Of a stretch of 64,000 nt of DNA, positions 20,623 to 34,366 are shown one piece after another. Position 1 is the first letter of the stretch. Each line of letters opens with the position of its first letter. The notes under the pieces were generated by a model. The model had not been told where the DNA came from. It saw only the letters and a program-made list of their open reading frames with translations, and did not search any database. The translations under genes and the position numbers were made by a program. This DNA is from Podarcis pityusensis (Eukaryota): NCBI GenBank assembly GCA_964106645.2, contig OZ067046.1; one strand, written 5' to 3'.

Positions 20623-23600
20623 CTTGTGTACTGAACATTACATGGTTCTGTAAATGCTTCTTTCCTTTCTGCAGTGCTCTCTCTTTTTAGAATGAACCAT
20701 GTAGTTAAACCATCTAACTAGAAGTGTAAACACAGTTCCGAGAACTAGAAGTTTTGTTGGTTTGAATGCATTAATAGAGTGTGCATGGATGTCTGCTTAC
20801 ACTAAGTAGAGAGGGTTATTAATGTTGAAGGAGAATGAAGGAAACAACTCAATTTTCGCAAGTATTTTGGCTTTTTCCAGTCACCATCTCTTAGAAAATG
20901 AGCCTGTTACTGAATGCCCTTCCCCCAAGTCACTAAATCCTAATAATTTCTGACAAATTCCCAGAGTATCTGGGAGGCCAGGGTATGCCACGGAAGAAGC
21001 TTAGACAGTTCACACAGGAGCAGCACATAGTGAGTAGAAGAGAGAAGTCAGCGTTTTGAAACCCAGAAAGAAAGAAAAAACACAAGCAGTGATGGCAGAG
21101 GCTGCTTAAGGTGAAGGCTTGCCATCAGGCTTATGCAAAAACCCTTTAAAAGGAGTTCAGATTCTCACACAAGCATCACCACCTATATATATAAGTAACT
21201 CTTAATTATTTTAAACCAGAATGTGCTTCTGTAGGGTTCACACAGCCCTGCTCTGTACTGGCTGGGTTTTTTTGTTTTTTAATGTTACTATCGTTATAGT
21301 AAGTCTCCTTAATAATTAACAACTACAGCTAAGGGGGCATCACCTTTGTTGATTTTTACTAGACTCATGTCAATGCTTTGCAATCACTCCAAGTCAAAGC
21401 ACAAATCGACCCTGCTGTTAATTGCATGAACTTGTGCTATCTGTGTGATTCCAGGCCAGCATTCCCAATCCAGTGTTTAGTGTCTAGGTTTGCTGGATTT
21501 TGTGCATTTACAGAGACACACCATAGAAGCTGAAATCAATGCACCGTAAGCAGAAATGATATTACAACAGCAAAGCATTCTTACTGTCCCGCCAAAAGCA
21601 GGGAGAGGGGCCATCCTTATTTACTCTGTCATGCTTTCTGCAAAAAAGGGGGTTCCCTTTATGAGAGGAAATTGTTTCTGACATATTGAGAAAACCTAAG
21701 GAAAACAATCTAACCAAAGCTAAACACTTAGGTCTTACTGCATTAAAATCAATTACAGTAAGTGCTTTAATCGCTCCCATTGTGATCAAATGAAATCTTA
21801 AAGCACTTAACAATGGTAGATAATGTATATTTCACAATTAAATCCCACAACTGATATCATTAATTATCCAGACCAAGGACTACCTCCAGATACCTTTCAG
21901 GAGTTTGCACAATAATATAGCACTCAAGAGGCCACACTCAAAAATGTAATACACCTTCTAAGAAAATACAAGCTTACGGTTGAGATTAGAGAAAGTAGAC
22001 CTATTTGTTCACATACTGGAATTGCGTCAGGGATGGTAATGCTAATAATGATTATGTAATTTCTACTAGTCGTCATTATGAATATTCACAGCCCAGAGGA
22101 AAATTTCCACTTGGGTTTGTGAGTTTGTGTTATGGGCAGTGGCCAGCTGCCCACACAGTGCACAATTCTTCGTAGGAAACGTTCTGTCCTTCTGCACACT
22201 TACGACATTGTCTTTAGAGGGCCAAGCTCTGAGGATGACATATACGCGAAGGCCTCCCTTTATCATTTATGCAGACGGCAAACTCCCACCAACATCAGTA
22301 GCTGCAACAAAAATGGTAACAGTATGCCACTCTACCAAGGACAGTTTATTGTTCACAGGTTTAACTGTAATACCAATCCAGCTCAGTCATGAATTACTTA
22401 GTAGTTTTGGATAATATGTGCCGTCTGAACCTCAAAATGTGCCTATCTATGCAACAACAGAGAGCATGTCAGTAACCTATTACAAGATTCATGTGAGGAA
22501 TTTTGTATTTAACTCCTGCATCTTATTTGGTACATGGGACACTCCTAGTGTATAATGAGTGGTTGTGAAATCCTTCACTATCTCCTCTTAATTTCCTTAA
22601 CAATGAGATAAAGAGCACAATCTGAACTCCTGGAGGGAAGTAGTGAGTGATGGGAGTCACTGCGGCATCTGGTGTTCCACCATTTGTGGCAGCCAGAGTA
22701 GAAGGTGGGGCGCGAAAAGAATACATTTGCTGCACCACCTCCAGGCTGGCGCAGCAAACAGGCGTGGCTCAGACGCCTCACAAGATTTGTCAATAGACAC
22801 GAGCACCTTAGGGTCCAGTGGCTCCTTGGCTAGATCAGTTCCATATTCCTTCATTCCAGGGTTATCATATTCCACCCCATAAGTCACATTTTTAATGCTG
22901 ATTTTTATTTTCAAAAAAGAGGGGTGCGGCTTATGCGGTGGAAACCATTATGTGGTGAAATACAGTAAATGCATAGCTTAGCCTGGTCTCTTAACCCCGC
23001 CCTGCAAGCCCCCCACGGAGTAGTAGGCCCACTGCAAGGGGCCTTAGGCGCACACCCCTCTAGAGCAGGCAGTTTACAATTGCTGGGCATATCCACGGGC
23101 CCAAGCCGCATGCCACTGGCCAGGACCTTGCCACCACATTTCTCCTCCATCTCCATACTCCTCTCGGGTGAGGCCTCCTCAGCAGCTGCTTTCGCTCCTC
23201 GCACGAGGCTGCCTCATCCCCCGTGGGTTGAGGGCCGGCTCAGCCAACAGGCAAGTTCCACAGGTAGGAACAGGAAGAGGCTGGGAAACAGCTGTGCTAA
23301 GAGCAATTTCAATTACAAAAGCGGGCAAATGCTGTTAGGCAAAACTAATGTCCCACCGGCAAGGCATTTTCACTGCTGCGACTATTACGTGGGGAATGCT
23401 CTGGGGACAGCTTTTAGGGGTGGTGGTGCAACTATTATGCAGTGAAATATGGTACATTGACTACCACTGGTAGTAGCTTCTCCTGTTCATGCATTCGGTG
23501 GGTAGAGCAGGGACCTCCACAGTAGGCCACTGCCACTCCAGGTTTGGATTCATTTATCTGTGTTTATTTCCTTTCAGTGGAGAGAAGCCAATGCTCCTAA

Positions 23601-23745
23601 CAAAGTTCAAAAAATTCCTCCCCTCCAAAAACACCCACTTCCCTGATCCCAGCTTTCTAAGATATCCAAGTCCCTATAGTCTCTTACAAACCTTGATTAT
23701 TATTTTTTAAAATCAAAGCACTAAGCATCCTTTGGAACGTTCCAT

Positions 23746-26550
23746 TTTATTGTGTCCACATCAAGTTGGATTTGATCTAGTCCGTGTCTTTGATCTAGTC
23801 ATAAAGAACTATTCTTACAACTAAGAGCTTAGACACTGCAATGTTTACTAGTGCACCCTTCATAGAAGCACTTAAGCTTGCACTAGAAAAGTGGTGGAAT
23901 CTAGTGCATTTAAAGTGGGATTGCGTTGTGCCTTACTGTTCATAGTCATAGAACTAAAAAGTAAGAAGGAACTCCAAGGGTCATCTAGTCCAACTCCCTG
24001 AGACAAAAGTGATCCTGATTTCTATTTCAGTTACTACTGATCTATGCTTCTGACACCAGTATGGTAGTATGACAACCTGCAGCACCGGAAAAAAATATGT
24101 AGATTTCATAATACAAAGTACCCCATTCAATTTACACGTATTTGTGTATGTAGATTATTTTGCAAAAGATTTTATGATTTTCCTTGTGTGATGATTTCAA
24201 ATTCTTCAGTGCAGAATTTGAAATTCTTTGATAAATATTTCATGACCTGTACCTCCAGACAATTTCTCAAACTGATATACAGAAATTCACCATGTCACAC
24301 AGCGCCATAAGAAGTGAGAAATGCAAATAGAGAAGGAAAACGACAGTGACAAGTAAAAACAGAACTCTAGGAACAAACTCAGGGTTTCTGTGAAGTCAGT
24401 TATTATCAAACTGAGCACAAAAGATGTAAACTTGGCCAATAGTTGCTTTGTGAAAATGCCAGATAAATTTTAAAGGAGGAAGTTTGAACGCTCAAGGCAG
24501 CACCCAGCCTCCGTTTAGCCGTTTTACTGCATGGAGATGTCACACGCGAAGTTGAAACTTATGAAGGATTCCAACAGCACAGCCTAGGGCTGGAGGAAAG
24601 TATAAAATGATAAATGGGGCTAGGTACTTAAAAAAGAAAGAACTGTCATAGGAAAGACTGAAGAATTAGGGGGAGACAACTAAATCTACCCAGCTGACAC
24701 ACAAGTTTTGCTATGCTTGCTATATTGTCATCTTGAGAGTTAGCCATTTCACATTACCAGAGCTGTGGCCATGAGGATGTAAGCAGGGAAGAGAAAGTTT
24801 TTGTTTATATGTCAAGCAAATTTCTAGCCAACTAGTACAAAAGCCAGGATGATTGCTAACTTAGCTGTCAACATTTAAAAACATTATAATACATGAAAAC
24901 ACATGAATACCACTTCTATTCAGAGGATTTGTGGTTTTTTGGTACCACAGACTCACCTTGTCTACCCTGATAGGTTTTTGTCGCCTCTCCAATGTTCCAG
25001 CTGTAAGTCCACACAAGACAAAGCAACAGAACATGCTGTTTGAAGGAATGTGAACAAAGGGGGTGAAGAAGAGTACATTTCTGCTATAGCCCTGCTTCCT
25101 CAAGAACATTTGCTTCCCTTCCTAGCAGTGGAGGAAAAAAGCCATTGGAGGGGAAAAGTTCCAGTCAGAAAGGCAGCTAATCATATCTTGTTTGTAGGGC
25201 TATGGCTAATAAAAGTACCCCCAAGGCTTAGCTGGAAGAAAAAGAAGGTTTGTGCAAATGTTAATCCACAAATCCCATGAAATAAAGGAAACAGACTGCA
25301 GCAAACACCTTTAGTATGAAAACAAAGTTAACAATGGAGGCACATTCTGAGGAATGGTAACTTGGTAAAGTTATTGCAAGAGAAAAAATCCAATTGCAAA
25401 ACGTCATTGAACAGACAAGAATGTAATAAGGAATGATTTAAAATGTACTTGATACACACATTACATTAAGACTTAAACTAAACCATTTAAAGAAGCAACT
25501 GAATCATTTCAACATATAATACATAATTGTACAATCCATATAAACTGTGTTAAGTTATTTTTACTTCATTTATATAAACACAAAAAGCAGTGGATAATGT
25601 GCAATTGAGGATGCTCCATAACAGTGAATTTTAAAAGGCTATAAGAGAACAGAAATGTATGTTTAATAAAGGTTACACTATTGATTGAGAAAAGAAACAA
25701 TCAGTCATATTAGTCATGTGACATGGTCTGCCGTTCAACAGAAGCACACACAACCCAGACTGGCCTCAGACTGTCTCTTTAAAAAGTCATCAATCCAAAG
25801 AGGGTTTCTTACAGATTATGTACACTGGGTACAAAGTGTGTTGCAAAAGGCACTTCTGAATTTAAGGCAAGTAAAGGTATTTTTTTTAATAGACATTTAA
25901 ATATTAAAGAAGTAGGGCTATGGTCTGCTTCTCCAACGGTTCATCTTTACAATGCTAAAATGTGTTTTCAAAGCTTCAGACCAAGAGGGCAATTCTATAT
26001 TTAGTGTTTCTGAACCACAAAATTGAATGATCCAACATTTTTTTAAAAAGCTATTTGCTGCAATTCCACGTATCAGCCAGCCACTGATATTTTGTGGATG
26101 TTGCTTGAAGGCCTTCCTTATATTATTACTCTGTAAAACATTTATTCTTTTAACACATTTACATGAAAAAAGAATCTTTAGAGAAGCTTAATACATTTAT
26201 ATAAAATATCTGATGTTGATACAAACCATGAGCATCTCCCTTTGAAAAAATTCTCATCTAGCCACCACAATTACCGGAGATCACGAACATCTTTGTCAGT
26301 GCAAATCTATATTTCCCTACTACAGAAAACCATCCACCCTCAAATACAAAAAAGATCTGTTTCTGAAATGGCAAGTTACATTTGGTTACATCCATCCACC
26401 CTCCCAAACTATTATAGTAATTATTATCAAGGGGGAAATTAAAGCTGCTTGTGCAAGTATCATTACAAACAGTCCTCCTTATACAAATTCATTGATTCTC
26501 ATTAGGTGTACAATATTCTTGGTTGATCAAGGGATCTTCATGCTGTGGTC
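23746..26550 (-). other. ARFIP1: Probable ARFIP1 3'UTR with candidate poly(A) signals (3' end uncertain)
   Basis: AT-rich, almost TE-free stretch after the stop. Minus-strand AATAAA at 26141-26146 and 23746-23751. Confidence 0.45.
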
Positions 26551-26709
26551 CTATTGCTGATCTTCAAGCCAGGATGGAGCATCTACTCCAGGCGTTTTCA
26601 ATTTGATATGGAATAGTTTAAGAGTCTGTTCAAGCTGTTTTTGATTCCCCGCAAAGTATGCGGCAATGGCATTGTGGAACAGAACAAGCTGATTGTGCAA
26701 TACTTTCAC
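26551..26709 (-). CDS. ARFIP1: Arfaptin-1, last coding exon (159 nt)
   Basis: cag|[55 protein letters not shown] at 26553-26551. Confidence 0.97.
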   Translation of the reverse strand: MKVLHNQLVLFHNAIAAYFAGNQKQLEQTLKLFHIKLKTPGVDAPSWLEDQQ

Positions 26710-27658
26710 CTGTGGACAAGGATAAAGTTAAAGATGAAAAGGCATGTAATTGAATATCGAAGATGATCAGAGGTTAACCCCAAGGTGTTCCAGTTTTAAA
26801 AACAAACAAATAGTTTTCCAACATTCTTCACAGTTAAAAAGCTGTGCAGATGTGGAATCAGTAGCTGCTGATATGAGAGGAAAACAAGAGTGCAGTGTAT
26901 GGAGGCAAAGAGAGTACCCAAAAATTTTGGAGCTTCAGAGTTTAAAAAATCCTAAATTCTTAAGCCACAGCACACCCTGGATTATGTCAAGTATCTTCCA
27001 ACAAGCTACCATCATCAGGAGGTAGGCCAAACATTCTACATCTGCAGACATTCTTCAAAATGACAACAGCACAAAGCACATAATTCAAATGATGCTACAT
27101 ATAGATGAGTAGTTTTTAATTATAAATAACAAAAAAGGGGAATGGACTGCCACTTTCTTCAGAGGACATTGCTGAAAAACACTTCAGCCAATATTCTAAT
27201 CTAAGTGTCCAGGAGGGACAATGGACACCATTCAGGTGAAAACAGTAAGAATGAATTTCTATCAGATATATCCAGAAGAGCAGAACAAATGCTGCAGATG
27301 ACTGAATGGATGGAAACCCCTGAAGGAGACTAGTAAAATAAAAGTTGTGGACTCCTATAAGAGAGGCGTCTGCTTCATCTTTTCACATACATACTCAATT
27401 TTGATCCGTGGATATTCTTAAAATTTAGCAGTACTATCATCCTTTTCTGTTATTATTTCACCTCTGCAAAATTGACTTTTGTTTCCTCCAGAACTACCTC
27501 CCTCTCTCTCTCTCTCTCCACACATTTTCTAGCTTAGGACAAAAACTTCCATGAATCTGATCCACAACTTATGCCATAATAAATTTGTTAGTTTTTGAAG
27601 TGTTACAAGTCTTTTTTTAGTTTTGCTACAACAGATAAACATGACTATCCCTCCAGAA

Positions 27659-27783
27659 CAGGCATAGGCAAACTCGTCCCTCCAGATGTTTTGGGACTAC
27701 AACTCCCATCATCCCTAGCTAACATCAGGGATGATGGGAGTTGTAGTCCCAAACATCTGGAGGGACGAGTTTGCCTATGCCTG
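27659..27783. mobile_element. hAT MITE, near-perfect fold-back (125 bp)
   Basis: CAGGCATAGGCAAACTCGTCCCTCCAGATGTTT... / ...AAACATCTGGAGGGACGAGTTTGCCTATGCCTG, with perfect 8-bp TSD ctccagaa (27651-27658 / 27784-27791). Confidence 0.93.
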
Positions 27784-29143
27784 CTCCAGAACGTCTGGAA
27801 ATATGCTACATCAGTTAACTGTAGCAGTTACCATTTGGGCTCCCTGCAGCAACTTTTGCTACAAGGCAAACAAATACGATCTCAATTGATATTCCTCCCC
27901 TTTAATAAGCAAAAATATAGAGTGGCAATCGTGCAACACATCAAAATAAAAGCCAATATGAAAAAAGGCATCAGTGCTGTATGGCAACTATTTGTTCATT
28001 GTTCACTTCTTCTACTATTCAGTCTTTTGGGTGTTTACAACTAAAGGCTGGGAAACCAGACTTCGTGGGTGAACTATGTGGGATGGACACACTTAAAATA
28101 ATATGAACATCTGATTACAATACTCAGACAGCACACTTAGACATTGCTGTATTTTACTGACTAAACAGAATTTTAAAATCAAGTGTTTTGAGTTAGATTT
28201 ATGTATTCGCTTATAATTCACAATACTTTTAATGGCAGCCCATAATAGTCAGCAATACTCATACATACCAATAGAGCAACACTGATGTAAAAGAAAGCAT
28301 AAAAGCCCCCAAAATCGTATTCCAAACGTTGGAGGTCCCCCAGAACTGTTTTTTTTTGGGTGCAGGGAAGGAGCAAAACTGAAAGTTCTGTAGTGCAAGC
28401 ATAGGATACAACCCATCATATCTGAATACTTTCTATAAAAAGGGAAGTGGCAACAAGGAACAATGTATGCTTTTTTCATTTACTATTTGAACGCTAAATG
28501 CACATCTATAAAACTAGCTTGTGTTCAAAATGTTCAGAACTGTTGAGAATGTATGGGACAGAGCACATTTTTATGAATGTTGCTATAACTGTAGCTTTAT
28601 CTTTTACTAATGCCATCATTAGAAGACAGCAAAGGCTTTTAAATGCATTTTTGAATTATTGAAGTAACCTCAAACTAAAAGATCTCTGTGCCATGCCACA
28701 TATAGTTATTTAAGATGACAGATCTTCTGGAAGTTCCATTGTCCTGAAGTTTTAACACTTTACATTTATTTCTTGGAGACGCAGGTGCTTTAAAGGAGTG
28801 TATGGTATAGAACTCAGCAACTTAAGGGAGAAAATTATAGGTCCCATGGCTCCCACACACCCTTCTAAGATCAACGCAGTGCAAAAACAGGATATTGCAA
28901 AACAATTATGTTCCCTCAAATCTTCCCATGAAGAAGTGGATTTCACTACAATCCAGAGGCCTGCAAAATTATTTTCAGGCAATTATTTATATTCCTAGAT
29001 TCCTCTATCTTTCAGTATCAAATATTTAAAGGCTTCTTCTTAGCCACAACTTTGAATCATTAGCTTTGAATCTCAAATAGCAGGTATGTCCCTGAGGAAA
29101 GCTGGGAGAAGGCTAAAATCCTGTCCCCTGAAATCTAGCTTTC

Positions 29144-29210
29144 TGTATGCTGTTACTGCTGATCAAAGTGAGCATTTGTATGCTGTTACTGCTGACCAAC
29201 AGTGAGCATT
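29144..29210. repeat. 33/34-bp tandem duplication
   Basis: tgtatgctgttactgctgatcaaagtgagcatt followed by tgtatgctgttactgctgaccaacagtgagcatt. Confidence 0.9.
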
Positions 29211-31589
29211 CCTTGCCAAGGAACGACCGGAAGGACTTTAAGGCTCCCAATTGTTCCTTGGTTGCTACATTTCTACCAACCCCACATGATGTCAGGTGTG
29301 GTGCAGGAGGGCGTAGCTTGGGGAAAACAGCCATACTGGGATCCATGCCAGGTCAAACTATGCCCACAGGCTGGAGATTCTCCATGCATGCTCTAAAGCA
29401 GAAGAAATTTTAGATCTTTTTCTTGTGTGTATGGAAGAGAAGGAAGAGGGGACTGCTATGTCCAAAACTAATCCACAGACATAAGTAGTGCTTCATGGTT
29501 ACAAATAGACAAAATCAAGAAGAGTGATTTCCAAGAGAAAATGACCCCCTCCCCTAATTTGGGTGCCATAAATTCCTCTGACTTTTGCCTGCATGTGGCT
29601 CAAAACCAAGGGGAGCTTACCAGAATTTGCTGTTCCCCACAGTGAATAAATACTATATGAGGCACTTATGGAAGCACTAGTGTGCAAACAGAAGCATGCT
29701 GATCCCAGCAGGACCTTCCATCACTGCCACAGATTGCTTCATGGCAAAACTATTTACACCAGATGTGGATGACATTTCAGAATATTCTGCTACTCAAAAT
29801 ATGCAGAGATCTATACAAGAGTGGATATTGTTGGTTACATTTAATAAGGTGCAATCTGTGCAAACATAGACTAGGCTAGAATAACAGGTAGTGCTACTAA
29901 CTGTCAAAAGAGTTTTTGACATCTTACAGACACTTATCACTGCACATTGTCAGTACAGCTTTTTATTTTTTGTGAAGAGAGCAAAGATATCAATTTATCT
30001 TAACATTTGAATGGCTGCCAAACCTCCTTCCCCTTAGGGTGTCTATAGCTAATGAAGTCATTGTGACAGAATTCAAAGACAATCAGCATAAGAATTATTG
30101 ACCCTCAAATTACTATCCTTAGCAAATTTCTGAAAATGATGCAAAGGAGAAACCTGCAGCATTTCAAGTAAACTATCTGACAAATATTACCGAACTACAT
30201 TCAGTCCATAGGATGAAGTCTCCACCTTCCCCTCCTTTCAACCCATGCACATCAGTCACAGCTTGCACACAGCTTCTGCCACTCATTTCCCCGAAAGGAG
30301 CCAACACAACAGGTATAAATATGGAACTCTCTTAGAAGTATATATATATGTACCTTCAATGTGGTAGGTACCAGATTGCTGCTTAACATGGTGCAAATAG
30401 AACTATTAACCAGTCAGATAGTGGTTCATTACAGAGTTGTCCTACTGCTTCAAACTAGCACTTTTAATCAGTGGGCTATTACACATGAAATAAATCTTTT
30501 GGGAGGTTTGCCTTTGCCCAACGCAGCTACTTGTCAAATAGAGAATAAAAAGTTTTGGCCCCTTTTTGTATAGAAGTTCATTGTACTCCAATTCTGACAG
30601 CAATCGACACTACTTATATGTTAACAAGAATAGCTATAGCTGTTACATTCCACATATTTAGCCAAAATGACATATTTGGTCAGGAAACAGAGGTCTACTA
30701 ATGGTAGTACTGCAACTGGAACTCAATGATATTGGCCAGCAAACACTGACCAACCACCCAAAATTACAGAGTTTGGTTTCCAGTAATACCCTAATGTCAG
30801 AAAGAGAAACATTCAGTTCATGTTCTGAGCTTTTCTCCAAAAACTGAAGCAAGTAAGCATACAATGTTAGACGACATCTCAAGCTTCAGATAAAAAAAGA
30901 ATTTTCAATCTAATTTGGAACTCAAAACAAAAGCAGTTCTAGGAAGGTAAGAGTGCTGGCAAAACTTATGCTTGCCAGACAATAAATCATTTTAATTTCA
31001 CCAAATATGACAACTATTTCAGAACTGAGGGGGCTAATATCAGCTCTAGAAGGCGTGTTTGTGTCACACTTTCCCTTGCAGTAAAGCAGGACTGTTAATT
31101 GTTGTGGCTGCTCATTACATACTTCTGCTAGACTATCGATCAGTGGCAGGGGTTGAAACTTGTGTCCATGTCACTGTAGCTCAGCAGCCAAAATTACCAG
31201 CAGGGTTAGCGTTCCACTCCTCCCTTTACAGTGGTGAACTTTTATAATCAGTTGAGCCCTGATTTTATCTGTCTTCAAGGGCTCCAAGGGTCCTCATGAA
31301 TAGTCAGGTACATTATCAACCCCTTGTTGTCAATATGGCACTGAAATAATTTTAAGGTGTCGTGCTACGCACAAACAAGAAAAACAAAAAGGAGTTAAGA
31401 ATAGAAAAAGAATCTGATTTAATGCTCTTACTCAAATCTATTCTAGTACTTACCTGCCAGAAGTTTAAATAGTTTAGTAAAGAGACAGAAATAATCAAAT
31501 TCAATAGACTGCATGATCTAATATATAGCTGATAATGCAAAGTTGAATTTCAAGTATATAGCAAATTAGGAAGTAATGCAATTCCTTAC

Positions 31590-31764
31590 CTTGTTTTCCT
31601 CCAGAAACTTCAATTTAACTGATACATCATTGCGCATTTTGTCATATTTCTCCTTATGTATTTGGAATAGTTGTTGCGACTGCTCAATTTTTGGCAATGT
31701 GTTTGCATCTCGTGGGCCAAGATTCAGCTCCTCTAGATCTGTGCGATAAGCATCATATTCAATC
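31590..31764 (-). CDS. ARFIP1: Arfaptin-1 coding exon (175 nt), AH/BAR domain
   Basis: cag|(R)[58 protein letters not shown]|gtaag. Confidence 0.97.
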
Positions 31765-34208
31765 CTGAGAAGAAGAAAGAATTAAAATGACCTGTGCATA
31801 TTTGCATGGAGCAATAGAAACACATACAATTCTGCCCCCCATTTTAAAGGCTTACATATCATCCCTGTCCACGCAAGTAACCCAGGTATCAGTTATTGCA
31901 ATCAGAAAAAGGGAACAAAGGCTCCCATTTGGGAATATGATATGGACCAAAGTAATCACAGAGTGATAACCAATAAGTCTGTCTGCTTACTTAACAGCAA
32001 TCTATTGCTCTTCTCACACTACCCTGGGTCTCACCAATACATGTAACAGATGTTTTCAAAAGATTACAAATGTATGATAATATGGGGGAAGCTAAAATCT
32101 TTTATTTTGTCATCTGGAGCCTCTTACAAATAGTTCCACTTTCTGTGCCTGGTAGGAATTGGTTATAAATGAGCAGGGGAGATCAGATAGCATTCATATT
32201 GCAGGTTTCAACAATTATGCTCATGGGAGAATGCAGGGTATTTTGCAATACTGTAAGCTACAGAACACGGGTGGCAAACTTTTTTTGGCTTGATGAGCCA
32301 GATCTTTATCTGACCAAACCACATGGGCCAGCTTTGATAGTACAACCCATCTGTCAATCACCTGACTTCATTATGATTGAAGACTGGCAGGTGGGCTGTC
32401 CCACCCATGAAAGTCCATTGCACAGCACTTCCTAAGCACTCTACAGCCAGTTGGTTGTTGGGCACTTCGGAACCACAGTATGTGGGGCTTTGCTGCTCCT
32501 ATAGCACCAAACAGTCTGCCTTGAAACTGTTGCTAAAATGCAAAGAACAAGCTTCATTTTAACAGCGTTTCAAACCTTTGGTGCTGTATGAGCAAGGTGC
32601 ACCCAACAAGTGGCGGGAGCGCACCTTTCTCCAGTAGAGGAAAAATCAATAGCAAACTTTAAGCTCCTAATTATTACTTTGTAGGCATGTTGATACCTGC
32701 TCCAATGGCGGGTGTGGTTTAGGGAAAATGGCTCAGCAGGCCAAATAGAGAGGTCTAGGAGGCCAACCTTGGCCTGTGGGCTACAGGTTTCCCACCCTTG
32801 CTTTAGAATATTTTTAAGCAATAATGGATGGCATTTCCACCCTTGACTGATCTCTACCCTTCCCCTCATCAATGAGACTATAGCACTCTATGAGGGAGAT
32901 ACTGACTTTTTTACGACTTTGCAACTGGGTGCCCCGGGAGTCATTTTGTTGGAGCAGAACTGCAGAGGAAGTGTGGAACCAGCTAATGACTGCCATTCAC
33001 CCAGAAAGCTACAGAACCAGCAAGGCTGAGCGCCCCTCCTTCAAGTTTTGCCTTTTGGAATGCCTCTTGCATGGGTTTAATTGTCTGAGGGCCCTTTGGT
33101 GACAGAAAGAAGTACCAGGGAGGGGTGTGTGCAGTTCAACACATCTTTGGGTGAGACAGAGCAATCCGAGTGAGAGCCAGATTGCTATCAGGAACAGCGA
33201 ATCTCTGAGTGACGGATGGGTGGCAATGTGTAGTGTCATTTATGTGGTTCTGTCAGTGAATGGTTTCATTGTCTCCTGGTGCTTCTGCAGTACATTTTTG
33301 TTGAGTGGAAGGAGTGACGGGTGATAGCGGTTGTGACTGAGTGGGAGAGTGATTGTGTGTACTGGTGGATGTGTGTGTAGTACTGAATGAGTAGTAGGTG
33401 ATGTATGATTTGTATAAATACAGGCAGAATGTGTGTGTGATGTGTATGTGTTAATGGGGTAAGTGTTTCATTTTGTGAGTCAGAATGTGCCTTGGCAAGA
33501 GGGAGGCTGAACTCTATATAAAGATGTCTCAAAATCTGTAGCTTTGCTGCTTTTTTTTTTTTAATGTTTTATGGCAGTGAATTATATGGTAATTTCTCAG
33601 TATTCATTGTCTTGTCTTGTATTGTATTGTAATTGTTATTTTGTAAACTGTATAGAGACTGTCTTCAGTACAGAGTGGTATATATTAAATGAGTAAGATA
33701 AAAATAAAGTCATTTACAAGCAAGTACTGGAAACTATGGCATAGCCAGATCTTTCTCTGAAATGTTCCCCACATCAACTCACACCCTCAAATAGATTAAT
33801 TTCGAAGATGAACAGCAGCTTGCTTCTTCAGCAGTGGAAAAGGACCAGAAAGAAAAGGTATGAAAAAGGCTGTAGCTACATAATATGGTTTCCTGACATA
33901 CTTATAAATTTATAACTGGTGCATCAGTTGGGTAGTTTTCACCTGCCCTCCACATCCCTGTTTCCTTTTATGTCATGTCTTAAGCCCGAGGGCAGGGACT
34001 GCTTTGTTTGCTATTGATCTCATGTAAGCTGGTGAGGGCTTTTGGGCTAAACAGCGGGGTAAAAATGCCTCAGACTGTATATTTGAATTTGTTTCTGTGG
34101 ACAGTATGTCTTAATGATATCTAAACTCAAAATTCAACAAACAACTAGCCTATGTGTTAAAACTACATACTTCAGGAAGACATCAGAGAATATTGTATAA
34201 TCCATTAC

Positions 34209-34366
34209 CTGGCACTTTCATATTGTTTCACGGTTATTAACGTGTCTTCAATAGTTTTGTTCACCAAAGTGTTCACACTAGCAATAAAAAAGTTAATTGC
34301 CCCAAGTAGAGTTTCACCGTTTTTAGCAAGAAGTTTCTGAGTATCTGCATTGTATCCAAATTCCTC
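34209..34366 (-). CDS. ARFIP1: Arfaptin-1 coding exon (158 nt), AH/BAR domain
   Basis: cag|[52 protein letters not shown](R)|gtaat. Confidence 0.97.

Noticed and set aside
22266-22390. Minus-strand peptide HTVTIFVAATDVGGSLPSA, vaguely like a cadherin strand (ATDGG)
   Set aside because: Ends in a stop, lacks the other cadherin motifs (DxNDN, LDRE), and is isolated.
22657-22914. Protein-like ORF MKIKISIKNVTYGVEYDNPG...
   Set aside because: Its 5' part is the antisense of a mariner-like MITE end; non-ATG start and no supporting splice structure.
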